Of a stretch of 64,000 bases of DNA, positions 37,557 through 49,176 are shown in pieces. The stretch's first letter is position 1. Every line of letters starts with the position of its first letter. The position numbers and the translations under genes are program-made. Below the pieces are notes generated by a model. That model was not told the DNA's origin. It made no database searches and saw only the letters and a program-made list of their open reading frames with translations. Source of the stretch: Klebsormidium nitens (lineage: Eukaryota > Plantae > Klebsormidiophyceae). The stretch lies in assembly GCA_000708835.1 (NCBI GenBank), contig DF237042.1:124001-188000 (forward strand), read 5' to 3'.

Positions 37557-40500
37557 TCAAAGGCTGAATTCGTTTGCTTTCTGGTCAACAACGCCTCTAT
37601 ATTCGTCGACGAAGCAATCCAATCCACTCCCTTCCAACGTTACGTTATAACTGTCAGTTGTGTAATAACTTGGATTCGGGCGATTCTTCCGGCAATGGGC
37701 AATCTGGACGCCCTCTTCAGAACAGAAGGGTTTTATTCCCTCTTCAAGGGGTTCAAAGTCTTTGACTTCATGATTAAACATTTCCCGAGCCTGCAAGACA
37801 AGAAGTGTAAGCTTGAGTTACTTGGACCATCTCTGCAAAATTTCACACTTCGAAAACGTACATCCGGACCTCGAACGTGTCAAATCATTCCGATCCAATC
37901 AAAACCCACTGATCATCTCAAACCAGTCGCGCTGATCAGATTAGACCTGTTGCCAAACAGCTTTTCAAAGTGAGATACTTTTGCTGTCAAGAGACCCAAA
38001 CGACTGCCAAGCCCATCATTATTCCCATTATGGATCTGGACGGAACGAGTTCATGATTTTAGCTCGGAGTCCCAACACCAAATGAAAGAGTTATATGAAA
38101 TGGAGACACATCCGTGTCCTCACCAGTAATTTTCTGATCAGTCAAACGGCTCTAGTAATGGGCAGGGTAGGAGAGAATGCACCACACTGTGAAAAGGCAC
38201 CCATAGTCAGCGAGATGAAGCTTGCACTGCTTCCGCTTCCTCTGAACTCTTCGTAACACAGAAAGGTACTGTGCGGAATCGCCTTTCTGACAAGAGGACA
38301 ACCTTACCAAGAGTGGTTGTAGGATAGTCTTCAGGAACTGAGGACTTTTATGCGTCTTCCGTCTGCACCGATCGATAACTAGATCGGAGGCGGCCTCCTC
38401 TTCAGCCGGTAGGAAAGGATACTCAGGGGTGACGAATGTGGCGCAATGGTTCTTCTCCGCGAGGATTTGAGGAAGGGTCTTCTCGATCTTGCAGTCCCTC
38501 ATGTTCGGTATCAGGTAGTCGTCCAAGTCGAAGAACATGAGCCATCTGCACGTTAACAAAATCGGTTTTATTCTTCGCAGGATTACTACGTATACTTTAT
38601 AGATCTCCGGAATCATCAGCAGCTGCTACCCACGAGAGTATAGTTCCCAAAAACAACCGCCCACTTCCTGCCAACATCTGATTGTACTTGAGATTAACAT
38701 TGACACGGACACCGGATTCATGAGAGGGCAGTGTCATTGCTCAAGCCGGCATCCTAGACTAACCTGAGCTAACCTGCTAACCAGCCAAACCGAGATTCGA
38801 ACCCGAGCTTCAACCCGAAAGGCTGCACCTTGGGCCTACCCGCGAAAAAGGACGCTAATACTATGCTCATCTTGAGCGAGGTCAGTTAAATTCACAATTT
38901 CTACATGCATTAAACCGCAGAACCATACTTTGAAACTTCGTGACCGGACGGTTTTTTCCCCGCGAAAGTTCGGAAGCAGTTGCTTCGAAGGAAGTTGCCT
39001 CCAAGCGAAATGCGAAGCATGGGGACTCAGGAGACTCGGTTTCAGTAGGCAGAAGCGCACTTACTTTGAGGAATGCTTGTTGGTCTGGAGACAGTGGTTG
39101 TACACCTGATACTGTCAATCACAAAGAAACACGATGTCAATCCCTGAAGCCTTGAAGCCTCCGTAGGAAAGTCTCAAGGTAAAAGCCACATATAGGACTA
39201 GAGCATGGCTGAGGAGAAATGCTTTTGCGCAGTTCTCCTCAGTTAATCTCAGTTAATCTCTCAATTAATCCTCTCCTCAATGAAAGGTGCCGCCTTTCCA
39301 TCAGAAGTCGTGACGGATTCTTTGAGAATGATGCAGTTCGAGGGTTATCACTACCTATAGGCCAGGTCATTCGCTCGTCGTATGTGACATCGGCAAGACC
39401 CGTTTGAGATCTTCGTTGAGGTGTCTTTCGACAACGACGGTGCTCATGATTGCTTTCCTGCAGATGGCCCTCGTTCTAGTTTTAACTGGCAGTGACGACT
39501 CAATGACGGTTTGACTCTGGGATAACTCATGTACGCTTCCTTCCAACTCTCCTGGCCCCAAGGAAATCAGCGGAAATACCACATCTTTAAGCCTGAACTC
39601 AGCAGTCTAAGACAAAGAGGGTGCTCACCAGATCGTAGACGTTGCCGAACCTATTCTTCAGCGTTTCATCGTCGGTTGACGTAAACCACCGGCGAAACGT
39701 CACAAGGTCGGGGTACAGCTTGAAAAGATCATCAGGAACGTCCTTCCGACCGTAGATGAAAAAGTGCTCGACGCCATGAACGCGATGGTAGAACTCAATG
39801 TGCTCAATCCAGGCCCTAGGCTTGAAGTGATCTCGTCCGTATATCGGCCCGATGCAAGCCGAGAGAAACCTGCAGGAAAAGGTGGCGAGCGCGATATAGA
39901 ACACACTAGCTTCAGTCGATGCAGGTTTCGGCAGTGGGGTGTGCCTAGGTCTCAATTGCGCGACTTGTCCTTTCAACCTTTTCGTTTCGATCGTCTCGTT
40001 TCGGGATCTTTCCGGAACTTCTTTCCTGCATCTCAAAGCGAACTGTTACCGTCTGGCTACAACGATGCAAGCCAGAGCTTTTACTCTTGAGTGATCTAGT
40101 TGAGATATTCTTGCAGCAGCCGTCTGTTTCTCAGTACTTAGAATCTGCAGAACCCGCGGATCTGGAGGCCTACAAGATTCCTCAGGCGAAAACTCTACGG
40201 TTGAAACGATATCGCGTTGCATTGCAGTGCACATAATTGTGTGCAATCACCGGCTCCGACTTTTCCTTATTTTGATTTTCCTGACCAGGGTCTCAACGGC
40301 TTTTGGCGACTCGCGTGGCCATCCTTTGCACTGGACAAAACACGCAATCTGGATGGATAGATGTAAGGCCTTCTCAACGTGACACAATTAGCAGAGGACT
40401 TACCGCTGCTTCTCTTTGAGGGGCCCCCTTTCAAACGCAAGGGTGAAGCTCAGAGTGGAGGGCGGTACAATGGTTTTCGAGGCAATCTCGAGGGTTGCTT

Positions 40501-42217
40501 TCAGCGACTGCAAGAAACCAACAGCAGTATCTGCAGACGGTTCTTCTCAAGACCAGTTTCAACGATGATCTTAAAAAGATAATATGTGCAAGAGAAGTTT
40601 CAGCGTCATACTTGCAGGTCGCATAGATCATAGACTGTTGGAACCGTGAGCGATTTTGGAAGAATATCACGCCACAAGTATGAGTTTCCCGTTCACTTTC
40701 AATGATGCCTGAAAGGTGCAGCCTTTACAGGGGCAACAGTCAGACGAGGTGTGATACGTACTGTGTGGCACCTTTTACATTCTTACTACCAGGATTATCT
40801 GCTCAGCGCTTGTGAGAATCGCTCTGCATTCCTTCTGATTGTTTGTCACCGTAGCAGCTGCATCATTGGCTGGCTTTTAGGTCTGATCAGACTGCCCCGA
40901 GGTAAAACTTCATCTAAGGAGAGGAGGAAGGTCTAAGTTAGAAGCAACTCACGTCATCTTCGGTCATGTGGTCCAAAAAGGCACTGGCATCCGTTGGCAA
41001 GGGGCACTCCAAGAACTGCGAGCTTAGATAGTCTGGCCCGTAGGTGAATGAACAAGCGAGCCGGCTCCAAGCTGCTCTGGATTGTGGGCTGCCAGAAAGG
41101 ATGCGCCTGGATGTTTGCAGCAGGGCTTCTTTTGGATCTTGGGGAGAAGCCTGGACAAAAAGGTACCATCTTGGAAAGGGCTTTTTTTGGATCTTGGGGA
41201 GAAGCCTGGCTCGAAAAGGGGAAAAGGGTATCATCTTGGAAAGGGCTTTGACTTGATTGGAGTCCGGAGAAGGGCTTTGACTTTGACAATTGGGTAGGAA
41301 GGGTGGGGTTTTGAGGCCAATTGCTGAGGTCGACTCTGCAACAGTGTGCTTCAGAAAAAACCACATCATAAGCTTCTGACGCCGTAATGGCACTCCAAAC
41401 CTGGCTCATAGTATTGAAACTAATCTGGACACAAGCTTGACTGGACAATGAGTAGAGGCCTAGATTATTGGTTATCAACCATGCCTCAGTGCAACTTTTC
41501 AATCGTCTCCTGAGACTTACAAAAGACTACAATCCGAGCCCATTATGACCATTCACAGGACAACCAGGAAAGCTGTACTGGGTAGACCGTCACAGGTAAC
41601 TGGCAGGAATAGCCTTTTTTTGAATGTCGTTAGGAGGATGCTCCCCTCACCTCCAGGCTCAACCGCATGTCCATTTCCCAAGTCTTGTTGCTCATACGCG
41701 CATGCTGTGGACAGCACCGCTCTGGGTTTTCATAGAACTCTAGAAAAATCTGGAAGCGTAAAATCCAGTTCCCTTTCCCAACAGGAACCTTCACGGGGGC
41801 CATGCTGAATATGAGCATCTCGTGGCCATAGATTTCATTCCAGGGCAACCGCAGGAAGTTCATGCCGTCTGTAGGGATGAGCTCCTTGATGGTAAGGCGA
41901 TGCGCCAAAGAAGGAGCCGGAGGATTTGAAGTACCTGATTGCAACCTTTGCCTTACGCCAATCAATGCTTTTTGATCACGGGGATCCTGGTAAAGAAGCT
42001 GGGCAGTGAGGACCAACAAGCAGATCATGAGAACCAGGAGCGTTGCGGGTGTGACTTTGACTTTGACTGGCGTGCGAGGAGAAGAAGGAGATCCTGGACT
42101 GCTTATGCCCTCTTTACGTCCAATGTATGTTTTGCTCTTCCCTTCATCGGCCACTGTGCTGGAAAAACCTTGGCCAAACGAAGCGGCTGTCACATAAGGC
42201 TTGAGCAGAGCCTCCAT
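37557..42217 (-). CDS. Glycosyltransferase family 92 (DUF23)-like type II membrane protein; middle exons only partly resolved
   Basis: Resolved exons: 41651-42217 (TM ATLLVLMICLLVLTAQLLY); an exon ending at 40953 (FLECPLP); 39629-39869 (FLSACIGPIY..WIEHIEFYHRVHGVEHFFIY); 39065-39105 (YNHCL); 38308-38545 (KWLMFFDLDDY, DxD motif, KTILQP); 37557-37790 (MFNH..IAHCR). Exons between 39870 and 41650 were not fixed. Confidence 0.8.
41122..41250. repeat. About two-copy tandem repeat (~50-60 bp) in a GT92 intron
   Basis: gggctt..ttttggatcttggggagaagcctgg..catcttggaaagggcttt occurs twice. Confidence 0.85.
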
Positions 42218-45003
42218 TTTGAAGAGAAGGCGGTGGCACTGAAACGAGCTACTCACTCCAGAATCAGAGTCGAAGCAGCGGTGGACCATGCTCAATATTC
42301 CCTGAAAGTTCCTCAGCAAATGAGGCGTGTGCTATCCCTTTCCATGGTGAAGCTAAGCGCCGTGCCAATGCATAAGAGTGGCCACTGGCGCCACATGAGC
42401 TACGGCAGTGGTTCAATGCTCTAGTACAGGGTGTTCTGAAGTCACACTGTTCTACACAGCTCTATAAGCGTCTACTGGTTCCAGTACTGAAGCTCAGCTT
42501 CCACCTATTCATGTTTGGTGGGGGCCCAAATGGCCCGATCCTGACTTTTCGCTGCTGGCACCTGCAAGCTGGCGCTCTAGATTTGTGCATTTGGTTGCAT
42601 GCGAAGGAATCCGTAAGTAGGTAGTACTACTGGGCAAGAGTCAAGTAGGTGGGGTAGGTACTATCTACAAGAAGGAGCCGCCGCCTGAGCTGCATGCAAG
42701 CTCAGATCATTGCCTATCATTTACAAGGATTGCATGCAGCAGCTGCAGAGCAGTGAGCTGTCTGAGAGCACTCAGCAGACAAAGCAGTAAATCGCGGTCT
42801 GCATGTAGCAATAATTGCAATGTACAGCCTCCCCAACCGACTCCCGAGGGCCGGCCCAGGCCCAGGGCTATCAAGCGGATACAAGGCAGGCCCCTGGTAA
42901 CCTGGTTATATCACTTGGGGAGAAGGCGGTTGGCTCCACCTACCAGCTGAGCCCACTTCGGGCCTGTCGGATTTGCCAGCTACCGAGCTGGTGGGTTCCT
43001 ACGTCCCCGCGGCCATCCCCCGGGCGGCCAGCCAAGCGGTCCGTTCATACCGGGCCCGGACCGGGGCTTTACCTGCCGAGCCTCTCACAACGAGTGAACC
43101 TGATCTACGTAACCCAACAGTTACTGGTTTTCCAATATTTTGTGAATTATGTTGAATTTATTGCTCTGGCCAATTGATAAATCATAATCATATGATGGTC
43201 AAGCTAGGGGACAAATAGGGTTAGTTTGGATGTTCATGGTACCTACGTGGTGTGTTCGGGTGCGTTAAAACCGGGCCAGGTTCCGATCACTTTGCCCGGT
43301 ACAATGACCTGCATGCAAGCTATAGCCGTATACCGTATAGGTACTACTCGAAGAAAACAGGGGTTTAATACCTAGGGTCAAAGTTCAAACAGGCCGCCAA
43401 ATAAGGAAAAAAGCCGTGTCATCATCGAAGTAAATGCAATCATTGTTAAGGGGCTTCAACCGGGCCCCGTGCCAGGGCCCGGGATCCGCGTCCTGCCGCC
43501 CTGGCCACGTATCATTGCAGTGCTGCAGTCACGACTCACCCGACCGGACTGATATGTAGCAATTCTGCGGTAACCCAGTGGGGTTACGTAGGTAAGTCAG
43601 GATACTGTCCTACTCATATTGTGACTCACCAGGACACCGTGCGCGCGCAGTGTTGCCTTACTAGAATACCAAGTTTCTTAGCGAGTTATGAAGGCCAGCG
43701 AAAGGAGAGGCCGCTTGGGAAAAGGTAAATACGGTAGGAGGCGCATTGAGATTGCGCAGTAGCGAGCTGCATCCGGATGAAGGCACACTGATCAGGTCGG
43801 AACTCTCCAGTCCTAGAAGCGACAGCATCATCGGCCCCCAGGTACACAGCGGCGGGAATCATTGAACGGCGTTTGAAAAAGAGAACACTAATCCGACCTT
43901 CCGACCGTTATCAAGCCCTGAGTTCGCGATAGGTGTTATAGCCGAGTCGAGTCTGCCTATCAACGGGAATATTAGTATGCAATTCACGTTCCAAGTTATC
44001 TTCAATCATCTTGCCCCTCAAGTTCATCTACAAGACGTACAGCTACCGGTATATCACAGCCGGTAAGTTTTGGATCGGGGCAGAAGACATTGGCCTGCTC
44101 AGTGCTGGCAAAGACCTGATACAAGGCAAGCAATGTCGGATCTTTGGTGGATCAGTGACCCTTTTCCGGCTTGCCTTTGTCAAATATTTTGATAAAGCTT
44201 CCGTCATGATTCATTATTGCAAATTGGGCAACTATTTGAAATTACCAGTATAGGTAGCTGCATATCTACTTGAATGAGTGCAGGCCTGAAGCGGACTTGG
44301 ACTCTCTCACGATGTGGTGAAAAGTCGAAATGTAGAGCCTTGCGAGTTGAATAGATGTATATCTGGAAGTACGTCTGTTTTTAAGGGCTGAGGTGGCGAT
44401 CGCATACAGAGAGAGAAAATCGAAAACTGAGCTGCATTTCATGCGCATGCGACCCGATCGATGTACATACCATCGTAGTTGATTGCATGGGACAATGGTG
44501 GGACATACACTGACAAGAGACATCATCGATATCACCAAGGATGGCAAGCAGGAGATGCAAGCCCCAAGCAGATGTTTGACACTGTCCGGTCAGTGCATGG
44601 CGTACTTTGTTGCACTCGCATTTTAGTGGGCATCGATGCATAAGAGCCGGGGAGAGAGCTGTGTAGCAAGGCAATATGACAAAGGTACTTGGAACAAGAA
44701 CCTTCACCAAACGCTGTGCAGTTTAGATCAAAACGATCAAGCTCAAGCCGGGAGGCCTCTTGCTCGGATCACAGTCTATCCTCCTTTCAACTCGCCACAG
44801 CACTAGCTCAGCTAAAAGTTGTGCTATCAAGGTTCGACGCCAAGCCAACTCAGCTGATACCTTTTGAATATACCTAGGCCGCGCAGTGACTCGACCGGCG
44901 AGTGTGATCACGACCGCACAACACTTAGCTACCACAAAGTTCAACGTCGTACTAAGAGCAGCAAGCTGTTAGTTGAACTGCATAATCTTTTGGCTGTTGC
45001 GAA

Positions 45004-47212
45004 TTAATACTGACCGGGCTTGTACACAATGAAGGCGGCAGCCTGCACCTGCCTCTTCCTGTCGAATCCGAGGACACGGATGTAGGCATTGGGGTAGGCA
45101 GACTTGCACTCGGAAATCTCCTTGAGAACCTGGGCAGCATCAGTGCAGCCGAAGAGGGGAAGCTTCCACATAGTCCAGTAGCGGCCATCATAGTATCCGG
45201 GGGAGGTGTGGTGCTCCCTGTAGATGGTGCCGTTCTGCAAGGGAGTGAGGTATCATCAGGAGAAGACCCAAAACGAAAGTCTGTGCAGATGCAACCACCT
45301 GAAAACAAACATACCGCCAGACCATAGCACCATTGCGACAAACATGCAAACTTTAGGGTTACGGCATGACCAGAATTACTGAACTCTGATGGAAAAGCCG
45401 CATCAGGCAGGGCTGTCATCTGCCCCAGTACTTGAGAACACATCATGTTGAATGCATAAAGGTGTAATTTGGCCCAAATAGTAAGAAGGAATGTAATTTT
45501 TCACAGGCATTTAAGTCCTGAAGAGTTGGTCGCGCAAAGTCCTGAAGAGTTGGTCAAGCAAATTCCTGAAGATTTGGAATGGCAACTGTGACTTATTAGA
45601 ATTTCTGCAAACCAGAGCATTTAGGTCTAGTGCAGATCCTAACTCAGTGCTTGGAGAGCAAAGCGTAAACCAGCAGATATCTAATGAACCAGACTGGGTG
45701 CAGAGAATGCTCCAGTTTGATCTGGCAACCAACACCTATTCTATGGTCCGTTACCTACTAGATTAACTGATGCCGTGCCTGTATTCCTTCCTCTGCAGAG
45801 GCACAGTTCATGAACACTAGTGCTCGAGAATCCAAAAGCATGCACTTGATCTGCTGAGTAATCCTGATCTTGGAGAGTCTCGCAGTATGATCCTTAGGAA
45901 GTGTTTTGATTCCTGCTTTTGCAAGCCTGATAACGATGCCACGAATCAAACACAGCGCAAAAGACGCAGAAAGATAAGGTGGATGTGATTGCAGAAGGGA
46001 GTACGAGATGAGGCGCCTGACGAACCTCCAAACCAGAAGGAAAGTGTGAGGGCGAAGTTTTGAGGTTCCAAAAAGTTGGATAGACATAAATCTCGTACCT
46101 CGTCGAACTCGATGCAAGGGCTCCAGCCCTTGCTCAGAAGGTACTCCACCTGCTTCATGAGGGAAGCGGCGGGGAGGGGGGGCAGGTACGAAAGGGTCTC
46201 GAACTGGGGAAACGAGGGAATGACTGTGAGTCTTTTGGGATCTGCTCTTAAAGCACTTTGAGGTCCACACACACGAGCAACTTAGCTGAGGCAACGAGGA
46301 TCAAGAACTTTGCCGCAGACGATGGCTTTCTGTGCAGATCGAGTTCCTAAGTAGAGTGTCACTTTTCAAACCAAGGATTGGATGACAATCCTGCAAAAGA
46401 AGCCGCGCTTGGCTCACCTTCTTGTTGTTCAAGGGGGTCCACACCTTCAAACACAACAAGAGTGAGCAAAAATTAGTTACTGACATTCAGTGATCCTTCA
46501 AAGCATTCTAAGAAGTGTGAACAGTGCAACCTGTCGTCGATAATGATCTGGTTAAGATGTATGCGACAAAGAGGATTCCCGAAATGGAGTCCCACAAACT
46601 CAGGTCTGTGGTGTGGGAAATTACATACTGAATAAGGGGCAAATTGCTGGGCGAAAGCTGCGATAACAGTCATTCCTGAGCTCAACAATGTACACACGCA
46701 TGACCTTTGTCATCTAAACCGACAATGTGATAGCGCGGAAGCACGGTTGCAGTAATGGTCCAACGCCTAGGTGGCAATGGTTGTGGACTCTTTCAGATTT
46801 TCAAGAAAAATCAGTCATCATTTCCTATCATTCTCATTGAGGATCCACATTTGAGTCCATCTTATGCACAAAGATCTTACATTATAAAGTACTTTCAGAA
46901 CTATCCAACAGAATAGCACTCCCCCGATTGGCAGAGATTCAGCATTCTGTCTGATAGAAATACAATGCAGCCGAAAGCTTCGCAGTCCGGGTTCCCCAGA
47001 CTCACCTTCATGGCCTGAGTGCGAGCACCATTGGACACAGTCTTTGACTCCCACTGGTTGGAGCTGGAAGCAGAGAGCGCATTCTGCTGCTTCAGTCCAG
47101 AGAATGAGCGGAGGGGGGCAGCAACCGCAGACTGGCTGGTGGCAGAGGCCTTGGCAGAGGCAGTGGCGAAGGAAGCCACGGAGACGGACTGGACGGCGAT
47201 GGAGGAAGCCAT
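45004..47212 (-). CDS. RBCS: Rubisco small subunit precursor (189 aa)
   Basis: Exons 47006-47212 (transit peptide ..[11 protein letters not shown]), 46418-46444 (VWTPLNNKK), 46099-46203 ([20 protein letters not shown]), 45004-45234 ([38 protein letters not shown]). Confidence 0.98.
45515..45580. repeat. About 2.5 copies of a 25-bp tandem repeat in RBCS intron 3
   Basis: gtcctgaagagttggtcgcgcaaa / gtcctgaagagttggtcaagcaaa / ttcctgaagatttgg. Confidence 0.8.
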
Positions 47213-47439
47213 GATTCCTGCTGCGCTTTGCAAAATGGTGCGCCTGAGAAAGTTGTGCAAGCTGGAATCGGGATTGTGGAGCTTTTCAGGGGCCTTTTTG
47301 CGAACTTTATCACACAACAGACATTTGGCGTGTACTGGCTGGGAAAACTGGATTCTGAGATTGTAGGGTCAGAAGATATTCGATGAGCCATCACTTCTGA
47401 GGTGGATAGCGCTGAAGAACGAAAGGCCAGGATGAGTCC

Positions 47440-47445
47440 GATAAG
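47440..47445. promoter_or_regulatory. Possible I-box (GATAAG) about 230 bp upstream of the RBCS ATG
   Basis: Single hexamer match. I-boxes are known light-response elements of land-plant RBCS promoters, but one hexamer is expected by chance. Confidence 0.2.
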
Positions 47446-49176
47446 AGGGCATGCATCCTCACCGTTCAATACGCTCTTGTCAGAGTTCGAAAGATACGCG
47501 AGGTTTAGAGGGTTACGTTTTATCGTGCGGCCGCCTGAAAGTGAAGAGCGGCCGTGGTCGCGTTACGGTCGCGCGTTGGCAACACCGGCACCCGATCGAC
47601 GTCGTTCCGGGCCGGCCGCGGTCCGGTCGAAAGCTAACCTACGTTCCGCCGAGATTCCGAGCATCGGGTTCACATTCTGCTTGCACAAGCCCCAGATCTA
47701 GCCAGAGGCAGAGCCCGGGCCCAGGCAACGAACGAGTATGGGCGTCTGAAACTTTGTAAAAGGCCGGGGCCGCACCTTCGGGCATGGGAGTTGCTGTCAG
47801 CATTGGGGATCGCAATGTTGCCAGCTTTATTTGCAGTACTTACCAAGTTACGAACAGGATCTGTGGCAAGCTCAGACTTTCTGAAACCCAAGTCTTTCTG
47901 CACTAGCGGAAGAGGGCATCACACAGCTGAAGATTGATTGATTGTTTTCATCTGTCAAGTTTCTTGAGGACTTCAGCGGAATAGTCTCAATGGCATCGGC
48001 GGGATTGGTGAAGGGAAGGCTTCCTTGTACAAGAGACACTGTGTGCAGCCTGAGGGCACATATCCCCAAGAGGGGGAATGCAAGTGCGATCCTTTGCAGT
48101 GGTCGGAGGCAGACCCCCAGTCCCTGCCAGATCATAAAACAGGTGCATTGCTCAAAGTCAATGGCTCTGGTTCAAGCTCTATTTCTTTGTTTTCGTACTC
48201 ATACAGTTGCTGCTTATCATTCTGGTAAAGTTGGAGCCCTTGTTTGTCTGTTTTATTGGATCCAATTTCATGTTACTGGTTGCTCCAATTGCTGTACTGG
48301 AAGAGTGATGGCTGAAATTCGCTAGTATCTTTTGCATCTTAATGAAAGTCCCTTTGGTAAACAACATTTTCTCAGGGAACTGCACAGCAGACTAGTCCGT
48401 GCACTTTCAGAATGTGTTTAGGATGGGTTGAAGATGGTGAGTGACTAGGCTTCCATGTTACCGCATAGAGCTTCTGCGTACGCGAAGAGTCGTCCTAAGT
48501 ACAGCACACTGATCGAACACAGAAGAATTGTTCATGATGGACAAAGTGGTCAACGTGACTGCCCCCAGAGGAACCACTTGGAAACACTTGTCATAGGCTG
48601 GCCAATAGTACCATCTTGCACAAACTGACTAGTATCACTTATATATGCAATCAGGGCCCCACTTCTAAGGCAATGCTACAATCAGCGCAGGCAGCAGCAC
48701 TACAGTGATCCGTGCACGTCTTACCCAACGTCCAGATCCTTGGTTCAAAGCCTACAGGATTTACTGTCATCTCGGTCAAACCAAAGTACAATTAGTACAG
48801 CTTGGACTGAGCAGATTTCCCTGTGCAACGTCCATGGGGCAATCCTTTCTAAGCATGCTTTATAACAGCATTTGGAAGAATAAAGTTGATTTTTCCAGGT
48901 TTGTCAGGCCATGAACGCACTTGCACTGATCAACCTGTTATGAAAAGTCCTCTGAATTTGAGTCACTTCGGCACAGCTTTCGTTGTTGGCTTAAGCCAGC
49001 TGCTCTTACCCCCAACATAGATAGTCGCGCGTCATCTCGTGTCTATCTTTGTCAGCAAGAGCGTCCTCGTCATCATTACTGTCTCCTTGTTTTCATGAAT
49101 AGCCTCACTTCTTCCCAGGCAGAATTTCTTTTGTTTCAAAGGCGACATTGACCCATTCCTTAACTAACAATTGCAG

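Noticed and set aside
37229-37973. Plus-strand ORFs of 105 and 193 aa
   Set aside because: They overlap the antisense last exon and 3'UTR of the GT92 gene and show no protein motifs.
38770-38845. tRNA-like segment on the minus strand (gggttcgaatctc T-loop, weak anticodon arm) in a GT92 intron
   Set aside because: No acceptor stem or proper D-arm can be formed. At most a SINE/tRNA remnant or chance; tRNAscan-SE would settle it.
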